DNA from: Paecilomyces variotii
Lineage: Eukaryota
NCBI GenBank assembly: GCA_004022145.1
Contig: RCNU01000011.1
DNA: 64,000 nt
Reading direction: 5' to 3' (one strand)
This document shows, piece after piece, positions 41,135 to 52,113 of the stretch. The translations under genes were made by a program, and so were the position numbers. Under the pieces are notes generated by a model, which ran no database searches, had not been told where the DNA came from, and was given only the letters and a program-made list of their open reading frames with translations. How positions within the stretch are numbered: the first letter of the stretch is position 1; every line of letters begins with the position of its first letter.

Positions 41135-41149
41135 ATCGGTCTCACCGAT
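41135..41149. promoter_or_regulatory. Perfect inverted repeat ATCGGT-CTC-ACCGAT (CGG-N5-CCG), candidate Zn2Cys6 site in the FAOX/OPT divergent promoter
   Basis: Read directly from sequence; inverted CGG triplets are the classic Zn2Cys6 dimer site geometry. Confidence 0.4.
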
Positions 41150-41693
41150 AACGGAGGAATAACGAAGTGCGATACTTTACCATTTCCATGCAATTCTGTA
41201 CAAGCTGCTGTTTCAGAAGGTCCAGGCGATCGTTCCTCGAGTCACGCCACAAGAGGTCCCATTGACTTCAGGTATTTTCTAGTTTATCGGAGACGATATC
41301 GAGCCACGAGACGTTGTTTCGGCCACCGTCCGTCACTTAAGGAGAGGGGAAGTTTGGCCATGGACCAATCAGACCGGCTCGCTTGGACCTTACTTGAAGT
41401 TCGTTCGTATCAATTGAATTCATTCATCCTCCCCGCCTTAGAACTTCGCTTGGACCTGACTGAGATCTAGCTGGGGTCGCTAAGCATTGGAATTCCCCGC
41501 CTTGAACGGGGAATATGGGTTATCTGGACCATGGGAACCGTTCCCAGCGTGTATCTTGGTGGAGCTCTAGATAGCGACTGCTGCGATGGCGGACATCGGA
41601 ACAGCTGTGCACGATGTATAAAGGCTGCCCGCCAGAAAGGACTATGGGAAGGATCCCAGCTGCATTCAGTAATTGAAGTTGATTGACCCGGCC

Positions 41694-44598
41694 ATGGCGT
41701 CTACGCAAGCTGCTTCTCATGAAGGGGATATCGAGGGAGGTGATCGCAAATATCCCTACAGCGATGGAGAGCCTAAGCATGCACCTGTCACTGCTGATGA
41801 GGCGATTGAGATCGCAATCGGTGAGACCAATGTCGAATATACGGTGGAATCCGACAATTCACCCTACCTGGAAGTGCGCGCGAACGTACCAAACACGGAT
41901 GATCCTAGCATTCCCGTCAACACTGTCCGCATGTGGTTCCTGGGGGTAGTCTTTACATTGGTGCGCAGCCGAAACTGGTGAGATACATGTCTGTATACGG
42001 GTAATAGCTAACATGTATGTATAGGTCGGAACCGGAATCAATCAGTTCTTTTCCATGCGATATCCTAGCGTCACGATAACTTCATTGGTAGCACAGCTGG
42101 TCAGCTACCCTGTCGGTTGTATGCTGGCGAAGTCCCTCCCTCTGAAGACTTTCCGTCTTTTCGGGCGTTGGAATTTCGTGTTGAACCCAGACCATCACTT
42201 CAACATCAAAGAGCATGCTGTCATCACTATCATGTCGAATCTGAGCTTCGGCCAATCATGGGTCTGTCATTTCTCCTGAAATTGTATTGTATGGTTGAAG
42301 ATGAATCTGACCAGACCAGGCAAGCGCAATTATTCAAGCGCAAAAGGTCTACTTGCACATGTCCACACCGGTGGGCTACCAGATCCTGTTGGCATTGTCA
42401 ATGCAGATGTTCGGTCTAGGTTTGGCTGGTCTAGCGTACAAATATATTGTCGAGCCTCCACAGATGGTAACGTGCATGAAGCTTGCAGATAAGTATAAGC
42501 TAACTCAAATTTTAGATCTGGCCATCGACACTTGCAAACTGTGCCTTGTTTGAGACTCTGCATAGTGGCGCTAATCCGGTCGCTGACGGCTGGCGGATAT
42601 CCCGATATCGATTCTTTCTGTATGTCCTCGTGGGCGGTTTCTGCTGGTATTGGTTACCAGGTTTCCTGTTCACCGGTCTGAGTACATTTGCATTTATTTG
42701 CTGGGCAGCACCAAGTGAGTATGATGCGGGGTTTAGGAGATCGCCAGGTACTGATGCGCGTGCAGACAATAAGGTACTCAACAATCTCTTCGGGATGACA
42801 ACGGGTCTTGGCTATCTGCCTACCACGTTCGACTGGAGCCAGATTGCATACAACTCGTCACCATTAGTTGTCCCTTTCTGGGCTCAAGCTAATGTCTTTG
42901 CCGGATGGCTCTGCATATATGCTGTAGCCGCACCCATTCTTTATTATACCGGCGTGTGGTATACTTCCTACCTACCCCTCACAGGATCGGACGCATACGA
43001 CAACACAGCGAGCATCTACAAATCCAGCCGGATACTGAACGACAGGGGCGAATTTGACGAGAAGAAGTACCAATCGTATAGTCCGCTATATCTTCCCGTG
43101 ACCTTTTCCCTGTCATACGGCGTAGGATTTGCCGTTCTTAGTTGTCTCCTCACACATGTCATCCTGAATCATAGCAAGGAGATTCTACAAACCTTCAAGG
43201 GATCCAACAAGAAGGATATTCATGCGAGACTGATGTCTCATTACCCCGATGTGCAGTGGTGGTGGTATGGCGGTATGACAGTAAGCTATAGCTCGCTCTC
43301 TTATTTGTGCTAATGCGATAATTGACAAGAGTGCAGTTGATTGTCATAGCTGTATCCATCCTCGTTCAATATGTCTGGCATACCGGGGTTCCATTTTGGG
43401 GAATCTTCTTAACATTCGCCTTGGCGGCTGTCTACGTGATTCCTGTGGGCACCGTCTACGCAGTCGCTAACCTGAACAGCAACGTTCTGACCGTCTTGGG
43501 GGAGATAATCTCCGGGTATCTCTTGCAGGGGAAGCCTCTTGTCATGTTGATATTCAAGGTTGGTGCTATTCAATCCGCGAGGGACCATGTATTGATTAAT
43601 TTCAGTTCTACGCATATACCGGCCTGAGCCAAGCGATGATATATGCTGCCGATATGAAGGTACGACCTCGCTCATCTTTTGGGTCAAGCTTGACTCTAAC
43701 GATTGATTGATAGCTGGCTTTGTACATGAAGATCCCTCGCCGGACCCTGTTCACAGCTCAGCTTATTGCATGCATCCTTGGATCCTTAACCCAAAGTGAG
43801 CTCTTTGCCCCGGTAATTCTTTCAAGATATACTGACGTATGGGAAGATGGCGTGCTCTTGTGGATGCTGGGACATGTGAAGGATGTTTGTTCCAGCGATC
43901 AGTCGGATCATTTCACCTGCCCGCAGGGTAGGGTCAATTATAATAGTGCAATTCTGTGGGGAGGTACGTGTTTACTCGCAGGAGTTAGTATGTCGCCATG
44001 CTGATCGTTTCTGCTGTAGCCATCGGCCCTGGTCGACTCTACAACATTGGCAAGATCTATTCTGGCCTGCTGCATATGTTCTGGATCGGTGCCTTGCTGC
44101 CGATTATCACGTTCTTATTGCGCAAGAAGTTCCCTACTTCGAGATTTCTGAACGCCGTCCACTGGCCCATCTTTTTCGCTGGGACAGGAAACCTTCCTCC
44201 TGCTGTAAGAAATAATGTCATTCGAACTTTGATTGTCGACCATACTGACTACGACATAGACTGGTATCAACTATTCCACCGCGTTCGTCGTCAGTCTTAT
44301 CTTTAACAAGGTGTGTTTTTCAACTCCATAATAGACCAGCAGTTATACTGACACATCAGCACAGATAATTAAGTCGCGAAAGCCTCACTGGTGGAGTAAA
44401 TACAATTACGTTCTGTCTGCTGCGCTCGACTCGGGTGTTGCGACGTCCGCCATTGTCATTTTCTTCACCCTGGTTCTGCCTGGTGTTTCTCTGAAATGGT
44501 GGGGAAATAATGTCAGCAGCAACACGGTCGATGGAAAGGGGACACCGTGGAAGGAATTGGGTGCTAATCAGACGTTCGGGCCTTCTACATGGTCTTAA
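41694..44598 (+). CDS. OPT-family oligopeptide transporter (Isp4-like)
   Basis: NSPYLEVRANVPNTDDP (SPYxEVRxxVxxxDDP), FNIKEHAVITIM, DIHARLM, DMK|LALYMKIPRR, WWSKYNYVLSAALDSG and WWGN motifs; many introns; stop 44598. Confidence 0.95.
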
Positions 44599-45137
44599 TT
44601 TATGATACGTCAATACGGCAATAAGCAGATAGGTTGTAAAGGAAGTTTTAGTTTGGCATCCGTATCTTGTTTTTTCAAAGAGACATCTATGGATCAAAGT
44701 GAATCAGGCGAGCAGGATATGACCAGCATTCAAATTAAAGTAGCGAGGTTGTCTCCTTCTCGTAGACTGTAGTGTCGTGCATCATACTTCTCGACATCTG
44801 ATTGGTGGATCATCTGCTATCGCGGTCGACTCCTCCTTATCAAGCCGAGGTCAGTACTCTCCGTCTCCTCAGTCTCCTCACTTAAGTCTCACTACATGAA
44901 TCTCAGTTCTGCGCTTAGAATGCACTTCTACGCATTCTAGAAGGATCACACCAAGTTCCTGTCTTGGCTATTTCGATTGCGCTGCTGTATTCCTGCGCCT
45001 AGCTCGAGTATCTCCTCCTTAGCGCCGCTCGTCGATTGAGCCCGGCCGGAATTTCCTGCCTGGATATATGTTTGACATCTTGAATGCGGTCCTATTGATC
45101 ATGTAAGACTAAAAGTCTTTCTTTCATTGAATCCTCG

Positions 45138-46898
45138 ATGCCTCGAAAAAGGAGTGCAGACCGTATCGGCCCCCTGAAAACGCGGTCACGCAGCGGCTGC
45201 CAGCAATGCCGCAGCAGCAAGGTCAAGTGCGATGAGAGATTGCCACACTGCACCCGTTGCTGGGAACGCGGCCTGCAGTGCCAGAGAGGCGTGTCATTGA
45301 AATGGGAATCAGAGTACTTGAGTCGTGGTTTAACGTTTGGGAGAGCAGGCGTGTGGAAGAAGGGTCAGGATCAGCATGGGGAATTCGCTGCTGATACGTC
45401 AATATCATCAACATCGCCAACGCTGTCAACGACGACTCTGTACTCGGATGAGTGCCATGAATGGCTTCCTGTACCGCGGGTATATGGATGGAGCTTTATC
45501 AACTCGGATTATGCTACGTTTGAGCAGCCGCGTGCTGTTTCTATTCCAACTAGTCCTTTGACGTATCAAATTGATAGGTCGAAGGATGAGGGTGTTGATG
45601 ATGACGCAGGCTTGGTGACTGTATATCAGCCAAGCAAGAAGGGATGTTTAGTGGCGGTTAAATGCAGCGAGAGGCCGAGGAGATCTCTCTCTATCTTCCC
45701 AGAACTCTCTGGAACGAAACATGCCCAGCTTTTCGACTATTACTTTCAAGCGGTGTGTCCTCGTACCACACCCAGTCAGAAAGAACCGTCTCCTTTCGCC
45801 GCGCTCATTCTTCCATTCTCGACAGTAGCATCGCAGACCCTGGTCAAAGCGATACAGGCACTGGGTGCGTGTCACTGGTCGAAGTCTGACTCGAAATTAT
45901 CTGCGGTTGGTCTTCGCTTCAAATCGGCTGTGCTCAAGGAACTTCGTCACAAGCTCGCCACAGAAGGGCCTTTGAAATGCTCAATGGATACGGAAATCCT
46001 TGTCATTATGATGATGCTCTGCTTGTATGAGATTGTGGATGACTGCGATCAGCGCTGGACTGTGCACCTGCGCGGAGCCAAAGACCTTGTTGCCTTTCGA
46101 AGACAAAGGGAATCTATGTGGCCGTCGCCTAGTATACGCGGCGAGTTAGATTCCTTTTCCGAGGGTTTCTTTGCGTTCCAAGATATAATCGGCCGCACCG
46201 CATGCGGCGAGACTGCAGTCTTTGGCGCAGACTACTGGCGAGGAGATGAGCAGCAGATTAACGTCTGGATGGGATGCAGTCCAGAGTTGGTCTCAATTCT
46301 TTCCATGATAACTGAGCTGAGCCGGTCGAGACGGAGGAATATGAGTGATGATGATGGCTCCTCTTTCTTTCTACCGGCTGCTTCTTTGGAGAACCGCCTC
46401 GACCATCTTCAACAGCTGGCGGCCGATCCTACTGATATTACCCTGATTGCTGCTGCTGATCTCAAGCGCCAGGCGGCGATATTATACCTACACTGTGCCC
46501 TATACGGTGCCTCTCCATCGACTTCGCTGGTCATACAGCTCGTTTGCGAGATCTTGAACAGAGTATCTGAGCTCATTGACCAGGGTATCGTGGCCAGCAT
46601 GACTTGGCCAGTTTTCGTAGCTGCGGTAGAACTCGACCCACTGAATGACGACATTGGAAGGGATACCACTGGTCTACCAATTTCTGGACGGGCTCTTGTT
46701 CTGCGTGCCTTGGAAGCGATGGCCGGGTCTGCTGTCACTAATGTCACTCGTACGCGGGTAGTCATATCGAAGGTCTGGCAGATGCGGGATATGAACACCG
46801 CCGGGACAGGTTTACACGATTTGGGAGAAGATACGTCGCATCTAAATGATTGGGAACGGTATGTTGCTCCTGTGAGCAACGCAATGAGTCTAGCATGA
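45138..46898 (+). CDS. Zn(II)2Cys6 transcription factor (Fungal_trans_2/Acr-2-like)
   Basis: RSRSGCQQCRSSKVKCDERLPHCTRCWERGLQC zinc cluster; LCLYEIVD..WTVHLRGA and WPVFVAAVE; intronless 586 aa. Confidence 0.93.
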   Translation: MPRKRSADRIGPLKTRSRSGCQQCRSSKVKCDERLPHCTRCWERGLQCQRGVSLKWESEYLSRGLTFGRAGVWKKGQDQHGEFAADTSISSTSPTLSTTTLYSDECHEWLPVPRVYGWSFINSDYATFEQPRAVSIPTSPLTYQIDRSKDEGVDDDAGLVTVYQPSKKGCLVAVKCSERPRRSLSIFPELSGTKHAQLFDYYFQAVCPRTTPSQKEPSPFAALILPFSTVASQTLVKAIQALGACHWSKSDSKLSAVGLRFKSAVLKELRHKLATEGPLKCSMDTEILVIMMMLCLYEIVDDCDQRWTVHLRGAKDLVAFRRQRESMWPSPSIRGELDSFSEGFFAFQDIIGRTACGETAVFGADYWRGDEQQINVWMGCSPELVSILSMITELSRSRRRNMSDDDGSSFFLPAASLENRLDHLQQLAADPTDITLIAAADLKRQAAILYLHCALYGASPSTSLVIQLVCEILNRVSELIDQGIVASMTWPVFVAAVELDPLNDDIGRDTTGLPISGRALVLRALEAMAGSAVTNVTRTRVVISKVWQMRDMNTAGTGLHDLGEDTSHLNDWERYVAPVSNAMSLA

Positions 46899-47203
46899 AA
46901 CAGGAGGCTATGCTTGCATATTACACACTGCGGGGTTTATAAGGGGGTACTATCAGTTAAGCTTCTTGTCTGTCTCTATATAGTAGCTTTGTCGTGACGC
47001 TTTGAGAGTTATAGTGTAACATATCTGGATAAGTCTGCTTATGACTTGTTGCAATCTATCTCTTGTGGACGGCGTTTCCGTCACTTTGTTAGATTTTGTG
47101 TAACTGGCAAATGGAGATCTGGATACTTCTCAGATATCTCCATAGTTATTCGCAGGAAATGTCCACTTCCTTTGCGAAAGTTATTCTGCAATATGACCGC
47201 CAC

Positions 47204-48694
47204 TCATCCATATCTTGCATTTTCAATGTCATCGTCAAACCAGACTGGCTTCACTCCGTAATTGATCACTGTGCTCTTCACTTTCGTATAGCTCTCATAG
47301 GCCTCTACTCCATTCTCTTTTCCAATCCCGCTCTCCTTAAATCCACCCCACGGCGACGACGGGTCGTTCAAATGATGTCCATCAATCCATACTATTCCAG
47401 CCTCGATCTGTTCAGCCACGCGATGTGCCTGCGAGAAATCGTTGGTCCACACAGAGGCACCCAGTGCGAAAGACGTCATGTTCGCAACGCGGATGATTTC
47501 CTTCTCATCCGAGCAGCGGATAATAGCGATGACGGGACCGAATACTTCATTGCAAGCCAAGTGGGAAGACTCAGTAACTGAGATGATTGTCGGTGAAAAG
47601 AAAAACCCTTTTCCATCGACGGAAGTCGGCTTGCCGCCACAGAGAAGCGTTCCGCCTTCCTCTACAGCGCGGTTGACGAAGGATGAACATCGCTCCACGG
47701 CTGCTTTGTTGATGACTGCTCCTATCTGCGTCCGGTCGTCTGTTGGAGTGCCGATTCGGAGTGACTCGACTCGCTTTACTAGCAGTTCAACGAAGGCATC
47801 GTACATGTCGTTATGCACTAGCAGCCTACTACCCGTAACGCATGTTTGACCACTTGCAATGAAACTAGCGAATAGAGCTGCCCTGACGGCATCTTCGACG
47901 TTCACGCTTGGAAAGAAACACACTGGTGCCTTGCCACCAAGCTCTGCCGTGATGGGAATCATGTTCGTTGAAGCATTGGGCGCAATGGCCTTGTAAGTTG
48001 CCAATCCACCCGTGAGATCGATCTTCGATAGGTAAGGATTCTCGCAGAGATATTTGCCGGTCTCACGCCCGTAACCGCAGATGATCTGTAAAGTGCCATC
48101 CGGCAATCCGGCCTCTTTGAAGAGTGCACCGAGTCTCAGGACGGAAAGAGGCGCCAACTCTGATGGCTTCACGATCACGACGTTTCCCGCTGCTAGTGCA
48201 GCTGCGATTTTCTTCGTTGCAATCAACAACGGATGATTCCATGGTGTGATCTGCGCGACGACTCCAAGTGGCATTCGCGTCAATGTATTGACCACAGGGC
48301 CTTTGAATGGTGTTACTCGTCCTTCGTGCACTCTAGCTAAAGATGCGAAGTACTCCAACCATTCTGGTATTCGGGCCAGCTGAGCACGCATCTCACGGAT
48401 AGGACGCCCCGTCTGAAGGGTTTCGAGCTCGACGAATTCTGGGATCCGAGAGCGGAGAAGAACTGCTGCGTTGGAGAGCACAGAGAAGCGCTCTGAGGCG
48501 TCTGCTTTTGACCACTTCCCATTGTGAAATACGTTGAGTGATGATAGCACGATCTCATTGACGGTCTCTTGAGGTGTTGCGTCGATAGTGGCGATGGGAG
48601 CTTCTGTCGCTGGATTGAGGACCGTTACTCGTTCGGACGTGGGAGGCGCCTGAGAACCGTCAATCCAGTTGGAGATGTGAGGGAGATCGGACAT
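47204..48694 (-). CDS. NAD(P)-dependent aldehyde dehydrogenase
   Basis: ITPWNHP, VKPSELAP, GYGRETG, AELGGK (general base), SGQTCVTGSR (catalytic Cys), EVFGPV and PWGGFKESGIGKE; intronless 496 aa. Confidence 0.95.
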   Translation of the reverse strand: MSDLPHISNWIDGSQAPPTSERVTVLNPATEAPIATIDATPQETVNEIVLSSLNVFHNGKWSKADASERFSVLSNAAVLLRSRIPEFVELETLQTGRPIREMRAQLARIPEWLEYFASLARVHEGRVTPFKGPVVNTLTRMPLGVVAQITPWNHPLLIATKKIAAALAAGNVVIVKPSELAPLSVLRLGALFKEAGLPDGTLQIICGYGRETGKYLCENPYLSKIDLTGGLATYKAIAPNASTNMIPITAELGGKAPVCFFPSVNVEDAVRAALFASFIASGQTCVTGSRLLVHNDMYDAFVELLVKRVESLRIGTPTDDRTQIGAVINKAAVERCSSFVNRAVEEGGTLLCGGKPTSVDGKGFFFSPTIISVTESSHLACNEVFGPVIAIIRCSDEKEIIRVANMTSFALGASVWTNDFSQAHRVAEQIEAGIVWIDGHHLNDPSSPWGGFKESGIGKENGVEAYESYTKVKSTVINYGVKPVWFDDDIENARYG

Positions 48695-48918
48695 TGTGAT
48701 GTAATTTCAAAGAATAGACAGTATCTTAGGGGTGGTGATTATGTTGATGATCCCAGCGATCCCCACGGGCATTACTTAATGAATGGCCTCAGCAATGTGA
48801 AGCGGGGTCGTCCCAACCAGATGTACTTAACTAGTCGTCAGGTATTCACGAAGAGTTGTCTAGAAGATCGACTTTCTGATTCCACGAGATCACGCAGACT
48901 GTCTGGTACTTATTTACT

Positions 48919-49028
48919 AGATAAAGACAGATACATCGGATCTCACTACTGATTTCGACGCAAGATAACCTGGATATGATCTCGCGATAAGCGATAAGCG
49001 GGGCGGGTGGCAGATAACCTTAGATAAG
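48919..49028. promoter_or_regulatory. Cluster of six GATAA elements (AreA-type) plus a CreA-type GCGGGG upstream of the ALDH
   Basis: GATAA at 48920, 48964, 48986, 48993, 49013 and 49023; GCGGGG at 48998 (another at 48802). Confidence 0.6.
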
Positions 49029-49314
49029 TAAACCAGTTCCCTCCGGGGGTAATAGTCTCATGTAAAAGATCCTCCCTGCCATCCTTCTCTGCTCTGAAGT
49101 ATACGAATATTGTCACTCGATTGAATTATGCTGCATTAGTTACTGTAATTGTCTAATCTTTTGTCAATGCTTCTTTCGCTTCAGACTTTACGGCTTCATA
49201 CACCAACAATCGACCTAAGAGTGGCCATTTCTGTACAGGAGTGAATGGATGAAAAACGGTCTTGCAGTTGGAAAGCCAACTAGTGGAATGGATTATCCAA
49301 AGGACTGAATACTT

Positions 49315-49594
49315 GTCCCTCACTTCAAGCTCGACTGGTACCAACGGTGGTTTCTACTACTCTTTTTATACGGCTGGCACCTCAACTGTCGTGTATACCA
49401 ATGAGGAAAATGGAGAGTATAATGTAACATGGAGCGGCGATGGTGACTTTGTATGTGGGAAAGGATGGAATCCTGGGAGTGCGCAGTGAGGCTTCCTCTG
49501 TGTAATCTTTCATGGGGAAAAGGCATACTGATTATATTCTAGAGCAATTTCTTACACCGCGAAATACGAGCCTAATGGAGATAGCTGTCTGGCC
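49315..49594 (+). pseudogene. GH11 endo-xylanase, middle fragment (no start, no catalytic C-terminal half)
   Basis: [19 protein letters not shown]...[24 protein letters not shown], intron 49486-49542, then QAISYTAKYEPNGDSCLA; breaks off before the expected VYGW/EYY motifs. Confidence 0.88.
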
Positions 49595-50203
49595 AGGATG
49601 CGCAGCTTTGTATGGCACTCCACCGAGAAGTATGTTTCCTGCGATGGCTTCCGGGCCATATCTGTCACATACATCTGCTGCTATGACCCCTAGGTTATAT
49701 TAGTCCTATGGGCTTTCTTCACTTTCTTCATAGGAGTAGATCTGTCAATTCACCTCCGAAACTCCTAGAGAAGGGTTAATAGTCATATGACAGTTGGATC
49801 GTGAGAAATGGATTAAATTACCATCCTGCAATATATGGTAGCTTCACGCCAGAGGCACTGCAAACGGCAGCGAAATCTTCTGCCATTCGTACGGATGTAT
49901 AAGCGTCTGGTTCCACGGGCTGCTCACTACGACCATGCCCACGAAGATCATATCGGAGCTAATAATTGGAACACATCAGCCCTTTATGAATAATAGCTAT
50001 ATTAAGGATGTAAGTTCACCTACTAGATAAAGATTCTCAAGTAGAAATGTATCCTGGAATTGTTTCTCCCATACTGTCCCAGACAACGAAAAGCCATGGA
50101 TGAAGACTACTGCTGGCTTTTCATGATTCCCAGCTGCCTCTGCCCATATCTTGGTGCCGTCTGGTGAGATGATAAACTTCCCGTGTGATTGATATGTGCC
50201 CAT
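49592..50203 (-). pseudogene. Alpha/beta-hydrolase, 3'-truncated
   Basis: ATG 50203; VVFIHGFSL, LRYDLRGHGRS, nucleophile GW|SFG|G split over an 11-nt micro-exon (49764-49754), then GVIAADVC...LLGGVPYKAAHP. Runs into the xylanase fragment at about 49592. Confidence 0.8.
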
Positions 50204-50549
50204 GCTGTTGGCTAGTGACTGCTGTTGTTTCTCCCCTTCGAAATATTTCAAAAAAGATGATCCAGGAATTCCGTGAAAGACAGAGAAGATGGAGATTTGC
50301 GCGTCTTATGTCGCTCGCAATTGGAAGACACTCAATTACATTACTAAAGGAGATATTACTAACTACTGCACTGCAACCAACTATGACATAACTACAGAGC
50401 ATATTTCCATGGGCATAGATAGAACCTTAGTTACCGAGAAGGCATAGCGTTTTAGTTTCCTGCGACATCGCCGTTGTTAGTGTGACCGTGTCATATTTAG
50501 ATTTAGTACGAGCACGGCCCATTACCGTGTTGGTTATTTCTCTTAAGTC

Positions 50550-50930
50550 GAGAATACCATTTTCGGAATCGTCTGAGTTGATTCGTGATAGTTGTCCTCG
50601 ACTTGCTGCCAATTTCGATTTTGTCGCCCATGCAATTGCAGGTTCGGTCGCAGATTGTCTGGCATTCCTCACTAAAGCATCTTCTGCTCATAATGACGCT
50701 TCTCGCCATCAATTTGTTGCAATTCAAGGGCTTAACCAAGCCTTGGTGGAGTTCTCGGCAGAAAGTTCAGATGCAGTACTGTGTGCATCAACATTGCTCT
50801 GCCTTTAAAATAGGGACTGGTAAGTTAGCACGATCAATAGTACTCATATGAGATAGCTGATTGTCTAATGTTGCGAATATATGATAGGCGGGCCTGTGAA
50901 GCGCTCGTGAATGGGACTCGGAGCGTACAT
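50550..50930 (+). pseudogene. Possible remnant of a Zn-cluster TF C-terminal (Upc2/Fungal_trans_2-like) domain
   Basis: PRLAANFDFVAHAI...AIQGLNQALVEFSAESSDAVLCASTLL followed by an in-frame stop and a DW|gtaagt junction; no start or DNA-binding exon seen. Confidence 0.4.
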
Positions 50931-51273
50931 CGGATGTCTATTCAGGGTAAAGAGCACCGACTGATATACTAAATGTCGTTACTTCCATTTACTTATACAA
51001 GGAAACTGTTCGCTTAACAGTGTCTCTCACCCCACTAAAGACCGTACTGAATTGTCTGCTATGAGAGATCTCAGAGATCCATTGATGAAAGTGCGTGATG
51101 CACCGGAGCGTTGTCTGAAGACGACTTAGTCCGTCAATTGCATCCGTGTTGTTCTCTAGTTGGCCCATTCTCGTCGTCCTTGCTCAACGCCACTAATGGA
51201 GATGCCATCATCTTGCTGTAACGATGGTAAAGCCGGCGATAAAATTACCAGGGTTGCTATGATGTTTCATGCG

Positions 51274-51975
51274 CTAGTCTCCACGCTCCTCGTTATTTTT
51301 CTCATCGAAGCAGATACACAAGGCAGCGATAAGCGCAGCATCGATGCCTGGAGCGACCTCCACTGCATAGGTCTGCTGGCCGAATACCATGTCGCGGCCA
51401 CTCAGTAGTTTCCGATTGATGCGCGCCACCGTGTGGCCAGTCTTCTCATCTACGATATCTGCGCTGTGGTCAAACCAGCCGCCCTTGATTCTGAAGGTCT
51501 CAGCCTTGCCGGTCGACGAGGTAAAGACTGCGGTAGCCTTTGAACCGAGTACTAACTCTAGTCAGTAGGAATGATACTATACCTAGCAATAGTATATAAA
51601 TCTCTCGCAGAGAGCTTGAGCAGAACTCTACTGATAGTCAGGGACGACGCATGCTTACACGTAAGATTGCTCTTCACTTCCAGTATCGTCCTTCTGTGGG
51701 TGTCTTCCACTGCGTATGTTGCATGGAGATGCAGATGCTCCTTGACGATATCAAACAGGTGCTTGCCGTTCGCGTCGGAAACTTTCTTACGGCCAGAGAG
51801 GCTCACCCACGCACCATGTACCTTCAGAAGCGGTTCGCCGCTAAGGAGTTTGATGTCGAAGCTGTCTCCGGAGACCGAGAGCACTTTTTCGCGAAGGACA
51901 AGGGTCTGTGTGTCCTTCGATACGAACTGGTCAAAGATGCCCCCTCTCAGGCTGAAGGTAGGGCCTACTACATAT
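51274..51975 (-). CDS. LURP-one-related / tubby C-terminal-like (DUF567) protein; 5' end damaged or unresolved
   Basis: GIFDQFVSKDTQTLVLREKVLSVSGDSFDIK, SLSGRKKVSDANGKHLFDI, intron, GSKATA...KGGWFD and QTYAVEVAPGIDAALIAALCICFDEK; stop 51274. No in-frame ATG found upstream. Confidence 0.78.
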
Positions 51976-52113
51976 ACCACTACCGCAAGCGCCAGATTAT
52001 GTGATTTATTTGTCAGCGAATGCTAGTTACTGAAATTACAGTAGTCAACTCATCTCTCCCTTTTTTCCACTTGGCTTTTAATCTAAGGCTGTCCCAAAGA
52101 CGATTAACACAGC

